Part shown: positions 1-9,676 of the stretch, one piece after another
How positions within the stretch are numbered: position 1 is the stretch's first letter
Layout: each line of letters starts with the position of its first letter
Assembly: GCA_965232545.1 (NCBI GenBank)
Contig: OZ246979.1
Span: forward strand, 5,734,077 to 5,798,076
Reading direction: 5' to 3'
DNA from: Candidatus Poribacteria bacterium
GTDB taxonomy: Bacteria; Poribacteria; WGA-4E; WGA-3G
DNA length: 64,000 nt
Position numbers and translations under genes: made by a program
The notes under the pieces: model-generated
Database searches by the model: none
Told to the model about the DNA's origin: nothing
Seen by the model: only the letters and a program-made list of their open reading frames with translations

Positions 1-2
1 AT

Positions 3-728
3 CTCGTTACGAATGTCCGCAGAGATCGTCGCTTTGCAACCCTTCTCATGCAAATTACGGCATCGGAAGAAGGCGTGCCCTTCAATATCCGAGATGAACG
101 GATCAGCGAACTCGCGACGTATGGGGTGATAGTCAAAGGTGTTGACAATCTCTGCGAAATCTTGAATCCTATCTATCTCTATTGTATCATACAAACTTTC
201 AAACCGCTGATAAACGGATTAGAACACCAATACCTCTCTGAAGACACCGATAGCGGTTTTCGAGATTATCTCACACCTACTGGACACATTGATATCATTC
301 CATTACTTGATAACTTTCGGGATTTCATCGGACGTGCGGGCTTCCAGATTTTGCAAGTGCCAGATACGCCGCAGGAGTCGGTCGGACGGTATCTCTTGTT
401 TGCTTATCTGGACCAATTCGTCAGGATCATAGGGGGTGTGATGCACGTTGAAGTGCAGACCGGACGCGGGCGATTGGATATGCTTATCACGCACAACCAG
501 CGAAAATACATTGTTGAGACGAAGGTGTGGAGAGGACGCAGTTACTATGCGTCAGGGAAAAGACAACTCGCCGCGTATCTTAAATTAGAAGGCGTAGCGG
601 AGGGATATTATATTGTGTTTGATCATCGAAGGACACCAGAGCCACGTGTAGAGACTGAAACGATTGAGGGAGTGACGGTCCGGAGTTACGTAATTCCTGT
701 GATACAGGAACAACCCTCATCTATCTAA
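3..728 (+). CDS. PD-(D/E)XK nuclease family protein, C-terminal part (5' end lies off-window)
   Basis: Reading frame is open from the window edge to the stop at 728. The motif GRGRLDMLITHNQRKYIVETKV and the overall pattern resemble the PDDEXK_9/DUF1703 C-terminal domain of AAA-ATPase-like proteins. Confidence 0.5.
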   Translation, partial: LVTNVRRDRRFATLLMQITASEEGVPFNIRDERISELATYGVIVKGVDNLCEILNPIYLYCIIQTFKPLINGLEHQYLSEDTDSGFRDYLTPTGHIDIIPLLDNFRDFIGRAGFQILQVPDTPQESVGRYLLFAYLDQFVRIIGGVMHVEVQTGRGRLDMLITHNQRKYIVETKVWRGRSYYASGKRQLAAYLKLEGVAEGYYIVFDHRRTPEPRVETETIEGVTVRSYVIPVIQEQPSSI

Positions 729-741
729 CGAGATTCGGAGC

Positions 742-3693
742 ATGCAGACGTATACAGAACAGAGATTTGAAGATCACATTGAAGAACACCTGAACCAGTC
801 GGACTACGAGTCGTTACAATCTGCCGACTATGATAAATCCCTCTGCCTGATACCCGATGAGGTTCTTCAGTTTATTCAGGACACCCAACCGGACGTATAT
901 CAGCGACTGGAACGCCAATACGGTGCGGAGACACCCGATAAACTCCTCGACCGTCTGAGCAAACAGATTGCGAGTCGTGGGGTGCTGGACGTGCTTCGGA
1001 AAGGGTTTAAAGATAGAGGTTGTGATTTTAAGCTTACCTACTTCCACCCCTCAAGCGGTATGAACCCCGACCATCGACGGCTTTACGAGCAGAACCGATT
1101 CTCCCTCATCCGACAACTGCACTACTCGCAGAAAAACGAGAAATCGTTGGATATGACTCTGTTCCTCAACGGGTTGCCGCTCGTGACAATGGAACTGAAG
1201 AACAGCCTCACCGGTCAGATAGTGACGGATGCAGAAAAGCAGTATCAGACGGATCGGGATCCGAGAGAACCGTTGTTCCATTTCAAGCGGTGTCTGGTAC
1301 ATTTCGCCGTCGGCAACGAGAAGGTCTCGATGACAACCCACCTGCAGAGAGACAAGACACGCTTCTTTCCGTTCAACAAGGACATCGAAAACCCCGTGAA
1401 CCCGAACGGACACAAGACCGCCTATCTCTGGGAGGACATCCTACACCCCGATAACCTGATTGAGCTAATTGACAACTTTATCCATGAGCAGGAGACCATA
1501 GAAAAGGTCTACGATCCCAAAATTAAAATGGTGAAAGATGTGAAGCACAACGTGCTTATTTTCCCGCGCTACCATCAACTGGACGTGATTCGTAAATTGC
1601 AAAAGGCTGTCCTGAAAGATGGTGCCGGGCATAACTACCTCATCCAACACACCACCGGTAGCGGCAAATCGAACTCCATCGCGTGGTTGGCGCATCTGCT
1701 GACGCATCTTTTCAGCTCCTCAACAGATACGAATCGGATCTTCGACTCCATCATCGTTGTGACCGATCGGCGCGTGCTTGACAAGCAGTTGCAGGATACA
1801 ATCAGGCAGGTGGAACAGGTCGAGGGTGTGGTGCATGCCGTTGAGAAGACTTCAGCACAACTCAGGGAGTTCCTTGAATCCGGTAAGGACATCATCATCT
1901 CGACGATTCAGAAATTCAGTGTGATTGCCGATGAGATTGGCAAACTTAAGGGCAAACACTTCGCCGTGATTATTGACGAAGCGCACTCTTCACAGAGCGG
2001 TGAGTCGGCGAGAAACCTCAGAACCTCGCTCTCGAAAGGGATTGCGGAAACGGTAGAGGAAGATGACCGCGACGAAGTATCGGATATAGACGCTCGGATT
2101 CTTGAGGAGATGGAACAGCGCAGAATGCAGGATCATATCTCCTATTTCGGTTTCAGTGGCACACCGAAAAACAAGACCTTAGAACTCTTCGGACGGAAGA
2201 AGAAAGACGGAACATTTGTCCCATCCCACGTCTATTCCATGCGCCAGAGTATCAGTGAAGGCTTTACACTCGACGTGCTACAGAACTACACCACCTTTAA
2301 GCGGTATTTTGAACTCGTCAAAAGTGTACCGGAAGATAAAGAATATGAGAAGGCGCGGACGCTCCGGACACTCACCAATTACGTTGACCTGCAACCCCAC
2401 AGCATTGAGACCAAGACCCGGATTATGTTGGAACATTTCACGGCACACACCGCAAAGACGATCGGTGACAGAGGGCGGGCGATGTTGGTTACGCCGTCCC
2501 GACTGCACTGTGTCAAATACAAGCAGGAATTCGATAGACAGATGAAGGAGATGGGGCTTTCCTACGGGTGTCTCGTAGCGTTCAGCGGCACTGTCCACGA
2601 CACCGACAACGGGCAAGATTACACGGAGGACGGGATGAATAACCTACCGCCGAGTGCCGCCATTGCAGACACCTTCAAGGATCCTCAGTATCGTATTCTA
2701 ATTGTCGCGAGTAAGTTCCAGACGGGTTTCGATGAACCGCTACTCCAGACGATGTATGTCGATAAGCGTCTGGACGGATTACAATGTGTTCAGACCTTGA
2801 GTCGCCTGAACCGTGTTACCGCAGGTAAAACCGATACGTTAGTGCTCGACTTTGTGAATGAACCCGAGCAGATACAGGAAGCGTTTCAGCAATACTATCA
2901 AACCACGAAACTCGCCGAGGGGACCGACCCGAATCAGTTGTATGACCTACAGCACCAGTTGGAGGGGTTTGACCTCTACAATGGAGAGATGATCGAGGAA
3001 TTCTGCAATATCTTTTACGATACGAATAAACCTGACGAACTGCTACAAGGAATTCTCGATGACGTTGTTGAGCGATGGAGAGCAATTGAAGCAGAGGACA
3101 GGGAGGCGTTTCGTTCTACCTTACAGAGTTACATTCGGCTCTACGGATACATCTCACAGTTGATTACCTTCACCGATGTGGCGTTGGAGAAGTTGTATAT
3201 ATTGGGTCGCAGTCTCAACAAGAAGTTACCGAAACGGGAACACCCCGACCTGCAAGATGTACTCGCGTCTGTTGATTTGGATTCATTCCGTGTGCAGAGA
3301 ACGCATGAGAGTCTACACCTCTCCCTGGATGCACGGGATAGCGAAGTCGAAGGGATCGGCAGCGATATCGCCGTCATCAGGGATCCTGAGCAGGATTTCC
3401 TCTCCAATATCATTGACGCGCTCAACAGTGCCTATCAGACGGATTTCACACCCGACGATAAGGTTGACCTTGAGACCCTCCAACAAAAAGTACACGAAAA
3501 CGAGGAACTTCGGCAGGTGATTGAAGGCGATAATTCGGAGAGCAACAAACGGTATAAGTTTGATGAGGTATTTGATGAAATCTTATTGGGTTTCGTCAAT
3601 AGTAAGTTGGATCTCTATAAGAAATTATCACAACCGGAGATTAAGGCAGATCTCAAGCGTCACCTCTATCAGGCGTATCTTGCACAACCCTAA
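742..3693 (+). CDS. hsdR: Type I restriction enzyme R subunit-like helicase-endonuclease (HsdR family)
   Basis: 983 aa. N-terminal PD-(D/E)XK nuclease motif D-x13-ELK (SLDMTLFLNGLPLVTMELKNS), SF2 helicase Walker A TTGSGKSNSIAW and DEAH box VIIDEAHSS. Overall architecture matches EcoR124I-type HsdR. No hsdM or hsdS in the window. Confidence 0.75.
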   Translation: MQTYTEQRFEDHIEEHLNQSDYESLQSADYDKSLCLIPDEVLQFIQDTQPDVYQRLERQYGAETPDKLLDRLSKQIASRGVLDVLRKGFKDRGCDFKLTYFHPSSGMNPDHRRLYEQNRFSLIRQLHYSQKNEKSLDMTLFLNGLPLVTMELKNSLTGQIVTDAEKQYQTDRDPREPLFHFKRCLVHFAVGNEKVSMTTHLQRDKTRFFPFNKDIENPVNPNGHKTAYLWEDILHPDNLIELIDNFIHEQETIEKVYDPKIKMVKDVKHNVLIFPRYHQLDVIRKLQKAVLKDGAGHNYLIQHTTGSGKSNSIAWLAHLLTHLFSSSTDTNRIFDSIIVVTDRRVLDKQLQDTIRQVEQVEGVVHAVEKTSAQLREFLESGKDIIISTIQKFSVIADEIGKLKGKHFAVIIDEAHSSQSGESARNLRTSLSKGIAETVEEDDRDEVSDIDARILEEMEQRRMQDHISYFGFSGTPKNKTLELFGRKKKDGTFVPSHVYSMRQSISEGFTLDVLQNYTTFKRYFELVKSVPEDKEYEKARTLRTLTNYVDLQPHSIETKTRIMLEHFTAHTAKTIGDRGRAMLVTPSRLHCVKYKQEFDRQMKEMGLSYGCLVAFSGTVHDTDNGQDYTEDGMNNLPPSAAIADTFKDPQYRILIVASKFQTGFDEPLLQTMYVDKRLDGLQCVQTLSRLNRVTAGKTDTLVLDFVNEPEQIQEAFQQYYQTTKLAEGTDPNQLYDLQHQLEGFDLYNGEMIEEFCNIFYDTNKPDELLQGILDDVVERWRAIEAEDREAFRSTLQSYIRLYGYISQLITFTDVALEKLYILGRSLNKKLPKREHPDLQDVLASVDLDSFRVQRTHESLHLSLDARDSEVEGIGSDIAVIRDPEQDFLSNIIDALNSAYQTDFTPDDKVDLETLQQKVHENEELRQVIEGDNSESNKRYKFDEVFDEILLGFVNSKLDLYKKLSQPEIKADLKRHLYQAYLAQP

Positions 3694-3821
3694 ATATCTG
3701 TAGGAAAAACCACCAAATCCGGACCTCTAAAGTTTGTAGTAGTGCGGTTCATCGCACGTTCTTGCTGACCGTCGACTGCTGATTGCTGACCGCCGATAGT
3801 TAATAACTTTCCATCTTTCTC

Positions 3822-3850
3822 TTGACTGTTTTTACCAAATACCCTATGAT
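3822..3850 (+). promoter_or_regulatory. sigma70-like promoter upstream of hflK (TTGACT-17-TATGAT)
   Basis: TTGACT at 3822-3827, a 17-nt spacer, then TATGAT at 3845-3850, about 185 nt upstream of the hflK start. Confidence 0.4.
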
Positions 3851-4034
3851 TGTAGACGTTTATTGTTACCTACATCCTTAAATGTCATAGGACCTACGCA
3901 CGCGCGCTTTTGTAGCACAAACTGTTAGTTTGTGTCGGTATCCGTATTAGTTTTTAGCCGCTCGTAGTCTAACAGATCGGATTACAGTCCAAACTGCGTA
4001 AGTCCTGTATCGGAGAAAAAAAGGAGAACTCTTC

Positions 4035-5003
4035 ATGCAAGACCTCCAGGACTTGATAACACAGCAACCCTACACGAATCTCATCACTCCCAAACGGATT
4101 CTGTTTGCGGTTCTCGGTGTGATCGTCTTAGCCTGCTTAGCGACAAGTTTTTATATGGTCGAAGCAGACGAAATCGCTGTCGTCCTGATGTTCGGTAAAT
4201 CTGTCCGACAAGCCGAACCGGGACTCCATTTCAAATTACCCCTCGGTATTGAGAGAGCCATTAGCGTGCCCGTCCGGAAAGTCTTCAAAGAGGAATTCGG
4301 TTTTCGGACGCTGAGAGCCGGGGTTCGGACGCAGTATGACACCCGCGATTATGCCGACGAGTCTTTATTACTAACCGGTGATCTAAGCATCGCCGATGTC
4401 GAGTGGGTGGTCCAGTATAAGGTTAAAGATCCGAAAAATTTTCTGTTTTCTGTCAGAAATCCAAGACAGGCTTTACGCGACCTCTCGGAATCCGTGATGA
4501 GCCGGATCATTGGCGACAGGACTGTCACTGAAGTGCTAACCGTCGGGCGTATTGAGATCGCCGCGGAGGTTGAAAAACATCTGCAAGAATTACTGGATCT
4601 CTACCAGACCGGATTAGATGTCGCAACGGTAACCTTGCAGGATGTGAATCCACCAGAAGCCGTGAAGTCCGCCTTTAACGCCGTCAATGAGGCGAAGCAG
4701 GAGAAAGAACGGTTAATCAACAATGCATGGCGCGATTACAACCAATCTGTCCCGAAAGCCAAAGGTGTGGCGATACAGCGGATTTCGGAAGCACAGGGTT
4801 ACGCGCTGAAACGCGTTAACGAGGCGCAAGGCGATGCAGATCGGTTCAAATCGATTCGCACGGAATATCAAAAAGCGAAAGAGGTTACCCGGCGCCGACT
4901 CTATCTCGAAGCGATGCGAGAGGTGTTACCGCAGGTGAAAGAGATTTATATCATTGACGGTAACGCCACCGCACCTATCCCACTTTTGCAACTCAAGGAA
5001 TAA
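4035..5003 (+). CDS. hflK: FtsH protease modulator HflK (SPFH/band-7)
   Basis: N-terminal transmembrane segment plus an SPFH domain, immediately followed by hflC. Confidence 0.85.
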   Translation: MQDLQDLITQQPYTNLITPKRILFAVLGVIVLACLATSFYMVEADEIAVVLMFGKSVRQAEPGLHFKLPLGIERAISVPVRKVFKEEFGFRTLRAGVRTQYDTRDYADESLLLTGDLSIADVEWVVQYKVKDPKNFLFSVRNPRQALRDLSESVMSRIIGDRTVTEVLTVGRIEIAAEVEKHLQELLDLYQTGLDVATVTLQDVNPPEAVKSAFNAVNEAKQEKERLINNAWRDYNQSVPKAKGVAIQRISEAQGYALKRVNEAQGDADRFKSIRTEYQKAKEVTRRRLYLEAMREVLPQVKEIYIIDGNATAPIPLLQLKE

Positions 5004-5017
5004 GAACCGTAAGGTAA

Positions 5018-5244
5018 GTTAGACGCGAAAACGAAGCCTGCAACAACGGCGCGGGGTTTTTGCTTGGGCGTTTCTTCAACTCGAACACAGAAAGCGTCAA
5101 ATCACACATCCCGTTACTTATCCGCAAGGTAAAATTAGGAATCGAGTTAGACGCGAAAACGAAGCCTGCAACAACGGCGCGGGCGACTCGAACACAGAAA
5201 GCGTCAAATCACACATCCCGTTACTTATCCGCAAGGTAAAATTA
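5018..5244 (+). repeat. Tandem duplicated leader module (about 100 nt x2) immediately upstream of the hflC start
   Basis: Unit 1 is 5018-5136, unit 2 is 5146-5244. Each ends in CCGCAAGGTAAAATTA. Unit 1 carries an extra 24-nt insert, GTTTTTGCTTGGGCGTTTCTTCAA. Same family as the 43113-43279 repeat. Confidence 0.8.
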
Positions 5245-5248
5245 AAAA

Positions 5249-6211
5249 ATGAAATCGAAAACAGTTCTTATACCCTTGATTGTTATTGCAGTTGTGGTGC
5301 TGCTAATTGTATCCGGTGTGTTCTATACCGTCCATGAAGGTGAACAGATCGTAATTACCGAATTCGGTCGCCCTATTGGTCAGCCCATTGTCACTGCGGG
5401 TTTGAAAATAAAAACACCCTTTATTCAGCAGGTACACCGCTTTGAAAAGCGCGTGCTTGAATGGGATGGATCCGCTAACCAGATCCCGACAAAAGACAAG
5501 CGATTCATCTGGTTGGATACCACAGCGCGGTGGCGTATTAAAGACGCTCTCAAATTCTATCAAGCACTCGGAACCGAACAGTTCGCACAATCTCGGTTGG
5601 ATGACATTATTGACTCCGCAGCGCGGGATTTAGTGACAGCACAACTCTTGATTGAAGTCGTGCGGGATTCAAATCGGGTGTTAAGTCTCGATCTGGAAGT
5701 CCTTGATGGTGAGGAGGGACAAACCGGTGAACCGTTGGAAGAGATTCAGATCGGTCGGGAACGGATTACACGTATGATCCTTGAGAAGGTCCAAGAGACC
5801 GTTCCACAATTCGGCATTGAACTCGTCGATGTTCAGATAAAACGGATTAACTATGTAGACGAGGTCCGCAAGAAAGTCTTTGACCAAATGATTTCGGAAC
5901 GGCAACGGATCTCTGAGAAATATAAATCCGAGGGGGCAGGCGAAGCCGCTGACATCATGGGACAGAAGCAGAAGGAGTTAGAGCGGATCCAATCTGAAGC
6001 GTATAAGGAAGCCGAGCAGCTTAAAGGTGACGCAGATGCGCAAGCCATTCAGATTTACGCCGAAGCACACGGTCAAGACCCAGAGTTTTACGCCTTTCTC
6101 CAGACGCTTGAAACCTATCGTCAGACGACCGGCGAGAGCACGAAACTCATCTTAACAACGGATAGCGACCTCTATCGGTATCTCAAAAGCAGTGAACCGC
6201 TCCGACGTTGA
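5249..6211 (+). CDS. hflC: FtsH protease modulator HflC
   Basis: N-terminal TM segment, band-7 domain, and the conserved hflK-hflC gene order. Confidence 0.85.
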   Translation: MKSKTVLIPLIVIAVVVLLIVSGVFYTVHEGEQIVITEFGRPIGQPIVTAGLKIKTPFIQQVHRFEKRVLEWDGSANQIPTKDKRFIWLDTTARWRIKDALKFYQALGTEQFAQSRLDDIIDSAARDLVTAQLLIEVVRDSNRVLSLDLEVLDGEEGQTGEPLEEIQIGRERITRMILEKVQETVPQFGIELVDVQIKRINYVDEVRKKVFDQMISERQRISEKYKSEGAGEAADIMGQKQKELERIQSEAYKEAEQLKGDADAQAIQIYAEAHGQDPEFYAFLQTLETYRQTTGESTKLILTTDSDLYRYLKSSEPLRR

Positions 6212-6334
6212 GCCTTGCTTCTATAACATGAGTACCGTATTTGTAGCGTAAACTGTTAGTTTGCGCCTGATGGGATACAATCAAAATAAGGTTTCAATAA
6301 ATGTTTCGGTAATTCCATGTTTCCCCCAGACCCG

Positions 6335-6397
6335 GGTAGGCGAGGTTTCTAACCTCGCCGGTGCAGAGTGTACAATTAATTCTAAAGTTTACCATAG
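6335..6397 (+). repeat. REP/terminator-like hairpin element (GGCGAGGTT-tct-AACCTCGCC plus CTCTTTAGAG...ATCTACCATAG tail)
   Basis: One of eight related copies (6335, 9475, 13487, 16104, 20636, 27169, 42949, 49228); five lie just downstream of plus-strand gene ends. Confidence 0.7.
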
Positions 6398-6743
6398 TTT
6401 GTAGCACCAGTCTTACTGTAGCGCAAACTGTTAGTTTGCGGCACCGGTCTGACGTGTGGACCAGACCAACATTTCAGTTGAGGTTTTCGGTTTAGCAAAA
6501 CTGTTCTCACTGTAGCGCAAACTGTTAGTTTGTAGCACCAGTCTTACTGTAGCGCAAACTGTTAGTTTGCGGCACCGGTTGGCACAAAAATTCGATATAA
6601 GCATACCAAAATCTGACGTGTGGACCAGACCAACATTTCAGTTGAGGTTTTCGGTTTAGCAAAACTGTTCTCACTGTAGCGCAAACTGTTAGTTTGTAGC
6701 ACCAGTCTCACTGTAGCGCAAACTGTTAGTTTGCGGCACGCGG
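6398..6743 (+). repeat. TGTAGC-box array; a 131-bp unit tandemly duplicated with a 164-bp period
   Basis: CTGACGTGTGGACCAGACC...TGTAGCGCAAACTGTTAGTTTGCGGCAC occurs at 6449-6579 and 6613-6743. At least eight TGTAGC boxes sit 17 to 20 nt apart. Each box contains the hairpin CAAACT-GTT-AGTTTG. Confidence 0.8.
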
Positions 6744-6753
6744 AGGTTGAAAC

Positions 6754-7284
6754 ATGAGACGAATTCGTTATTGCGTCGCTATGAGTCTCGACGGCTATAT
6801 CGCTGGACCCAACGGGGAATTCGATTGGATTGTCATGGATCCCGATATCGACTTCGCCGGAATGACCGAGCAGTTCGACACCTATCTACTCGGTAGACGG
6901 ACGTTTGAAGTCACGCGTGGGCACGAAGAGGCGGCGATGCCCGACGGAGAAACGTTCGTGATCTCGCGGACGTTACAACAGAGCGACCACGAGGATGTCA
7001 CAATCGTCGGTGAGAATTGGAAACAGGTCGTGCAGTCGCTCCGAGAGGAAGAAGGGAAAGACATCTGGTTGTTCGGTGGAGGCTCCCTATTTCGGAGTTT
7101 CGCCGAAGAGGGATTCGTTGACACGGTGGAGGTCGCTATCATCCCAATTGTGCTCGGTGGTGGTATTCCGCTCATTGAGGAACCGTCCGAGCAGATCCAA
7201 CTGACGTTAAAAGATCACACGGTGTACGGGAAAACGGGGACCGTTGGGTTGGTATACACCGTGAACAAGCCAAGCCAACCGTGA
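6754..7284 (+). CDS. Dihydrofolate reductase family protein (RibD C-terminal domain-like)
   Basis: 176 aa. Motifs CVAMSLDGYIAGPNGEFDW and LFGGGSLFRSF are typical of the RibD_C/YwjB family. Confidence 0.75.
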   Translation: MRRIRYCVAMSLDGYIAGPNGEFDWIVMDPDIDFAGMTEQFDTYLLGRRTFEVTRGHEEAAMPDGETFVISRTLQQSDHEDVTIVGENWKQVVQSLREEEGKDIWLFGGGSLFRSFAEEGFVDTVEVAIIPIVLGGGIPLIEEPSEQIQLTLKDHTVYGKTGTVGLVYTVNKPSQP

Positions 7285-7541
7285 GAAACCTCGCCTACCG
7301 TAACCTCTTTGTAGCACAACCTAAAAGTTTATGCTACAATAGATTTCCGCCGCGAATGTTTAAGTCGAACGCCTGTTAAAAAGGTTCCGTTATCTATAAA
7401 CTTGACGGATGGGTAATGAATTACCCTACTACAAACAATGGAATCTCACCAAGAGCGGAGGGCGTTTTGTTATCTGTTGTTCCTGAGATGTCTATCTATT
7501 TTCACAGCTGCGATAATACTTCAATACGAATGGTTTCACCT

Positions 7542-7572
7542 CCGATAACTGACAACTGATAACTGACAACTA
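7542..7572 (+). repeat. Heptamer direct-repeat array (CTGAYAA x4)
   Basis: CCGATAACTGACAACTGATAACTGACAACTA lies immediately upstream of the GTG start at 7579. Confidence 0.6.
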
Positions 7573-7578
7573 TTTTCC

Positions 7579-9468
7579 GTGAAGCGTCAACTCTCTCCTC
7601 TCAGTTTAAAAGCCGTTTGCATCGGACTCCTGCTGATTCCAGCGAATGCGATGTGGCAGATGATGGGGTTACGCTGGGACATCGCGCACATGTCGATGAT
7701 CTCACTGCTCTATAACACGATCACGCTCCTGTTCGTGCTGACAATCATCAATCGCTTCGCGAAAAAAGTCTCGCCGCAATTCTCTCTTTCCACTGCCGAA
7801 CTCCTGACGATCTATGTAATGTTGTGCCTCTCGACCGCTATCGGTGGGCACATGTGCGTGCAGATCCTCCTCCCGATTATCAGTTACGCATTCGCCTATG
7901 CATCGCCAGAGAACGATTGGCAGTCCCTGTTTTGGCACTATGTCCCGTCATGGGCATCCGTCACCGATAAGCGAGGACTCGCAAACTTTTTCGATGGTGG
8001 CTCTACGTTCTACCCGCACCTTGAGGCATGGAGCACCCCGTTGTTATGGTGGGGACTCTTTCTCGCCGCACTGTTTTCGGTCATGCTCAGTATCAACTTC
8101 ATCTTCCGAAGGCAGTGGACCGAAAATGAGAAGTTGAGTTATCCACTGATCCAGTTGCCGTTGGCGATGGCGAATCCGAGGAGCGGGTTCTTCCGTAGCA
8201 AGGCGATGTGGATCGGGTTCGGAGTTGCGGCTGCTATTGATCTCCTCAACGGGGTGAATTACCTGTTCCCACAGGTGCCACGACTCAGTGGTATCCGCGC
8301 GTATGACATCGCCGACTTCTTTACCGTCCGTCCATGGAACGCCATTACGTGGTTCCCCATCGGTATCTATCCATTCGCTGTTGGATTGGCGTTTTTTATG
8401 CCGTTGGAGTTGTCGTTTTCGTGTTGGTTCTTTTACCTATATTGGCAGGCGTTCCGCGTATTGGGAAGTGCCGTCGGATTGACAGCACCGTTTCCGTATG
8501 CCGAGGAACAATCTTTCGGAGCATATATCGGTATCGGTCTGGTTGCGGTGTGGAGTGCGCGTCGCTACTTGACGCAAGTGCTCCGTAGGCTGTTTGGCGC
8601 GCGATCTACACTTGATGACGGAGATGAACCGATCTCTTACCGTGCCGCGGTGACATGGATGTTGCTGAGTATGGTATTCCTTGTTGTTTTCTGTTACAAA
8701 CTTGGGATGTCGTTGTGGGTCATTGCGACCTTTTTTGGGTTGTTCTTCGGGTTAGCGACAGGGATTACGCGGATGCGTGCCGAACTCGGATCACCCGTTC
8801 ACGACCAGCATTATGCCGGTCCCGACAGGATGATGTATTCGGTCTTCGGCGCGAAACGGCTCGGTGCGAGTAATCTGACGGGGTTGGCGTATCTCTACTT
8901 TTTCAATCGTGCCTACGATTGCCTGTTGATGCCGCACCATCTTGAGGGGTTGAAGATAGCCGAGCGTGCCGACATCGAAAACAAGACCTTCGCGAAGGCG
9001 GTCATCATCGCTATCGGTGTGAGTATCGTTGCGACGATCTGGGCATATCTACACGTCTCATATCAGGACGGTGTCTATACGGCATGGGCAGGCAGAGAGA
9101 CTTTCAGTCGGCTCGGTAGACGACTCGTCCAACCCGCGGGTCCCGATACCGCAGTGCTGAGCGCAGTCAGTGTGGGGACGGTTATGGCGATTCTCTTGGC
9201 TTTTTTCCGTAGTCGGTGGATGTGGATGCCATTCCATCCAGCGGGTTACGCCGTTACCAGCACCTTCACGATGAATTTCTTCTGGTTTTCGCTCCTCGTG
9301 AGTTTCATCTTGAAATGGATTATTACCAGACATGGCGGCATCGGCGGTTTTCGGAGGGCGGCACCTTTTTTCCTCGGTCTCGTGTTGGGTGAATTCGTCG
9401 TGACGACCTTCTGGGGCACCGTGGCGATTCTATTCCGTGTGGAGACCTATATTACGATCAATTTGTAA
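7579..9468 (+). CDS. Large polytopic membrane protein, uncharacterised family (paralog of 37489-39408)
   Basis: 629 aa, at least 12 predicted TM helices. About 45% identity to the 639-aa protein at 37489. Shared motifs include MPHHLEGLK and RAAPFFLGLVLGEF. The GTG start is uncertain. Confidence 0.6.
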   Translation: MKRQLSPLSLKAVCIGLLLIPANAMWQMMGLRWDIAHMSMISLLYNTITLLFVLTIINRFAKKVSPQFSLSTAELLTIYVMLCLSTAIGGHMCVQILLPIISYAFAYASPENDWQSLFWHYVPSWASVTDKRGLANFFDGGSTFYPHLEAWSTPLLWWGLFLAALFSVMLSINFIFRRQWTENEKLSYPLIQLPLAMANPRSGFFRSKAMWIGFGVAAAIDLLNGVNYLFPQVPRLSGIRAYDIADFFTVRPWNAITWFPIGIYPFAVGLAFFMPLELSFSCWFFYLYWQAFRVLGSAVGLTAPFPYAEEQSFGAYIGIGLVAVWSARRYLTQVLRRLFGARSTLDDGDEPISYRAAVTWMLLSMVFLVVFCYKLGMSLWVIATFFGLFFGLATGITRMRAELGSPVHDQHYAGPDRMMYSVFGAKRLGASNLTGLAYLYFFNRAYDCLLMPHHLEGLKIAERADIENKTFAKAVIIAIGVSIVATIWAYLHVSYQDGVYTAWAGRETFSRLGRRLVQPAGPDTAVLSAVSVGTVMAILLAFFRSRWMWMPFHPAGYAVTSTFTMNFFWFSLLVSFILKWIITRHGGIGGFRRAAPFFLGLVLGEFVVTTFWGTVAILFRVETYITINL

Positions 9469-9676
9469 AACTTCCCCTGCTGGCGAGGTTTCCTAACCTC
9501 ACCTATGAAGTAAACGTAGGAAGGATCTCTGAATCCCGATTACTGATGCCTAATCCTGAAAATCCTGATTCAGACTATGAATACCTACGTTACCCGATTA
9601 AATTCCTAATCTTCATTAGGGGTGTTATGTTTATAAATAGATGGCAACTTGCGTTATTATAGGACTTGGAGGTGAT

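Noticed and set aside
6230-6750. Possible CRISPR array, given the many short direct repeats
   Set aside because: Repeats are 17 to 22 nt with irregular 17 to 20-nt spacing. The spacers are themselves repeated because the whole 131-bp block is duplicated. No cas genes or leader are present. It reads as a regulatory or structural repeat array.
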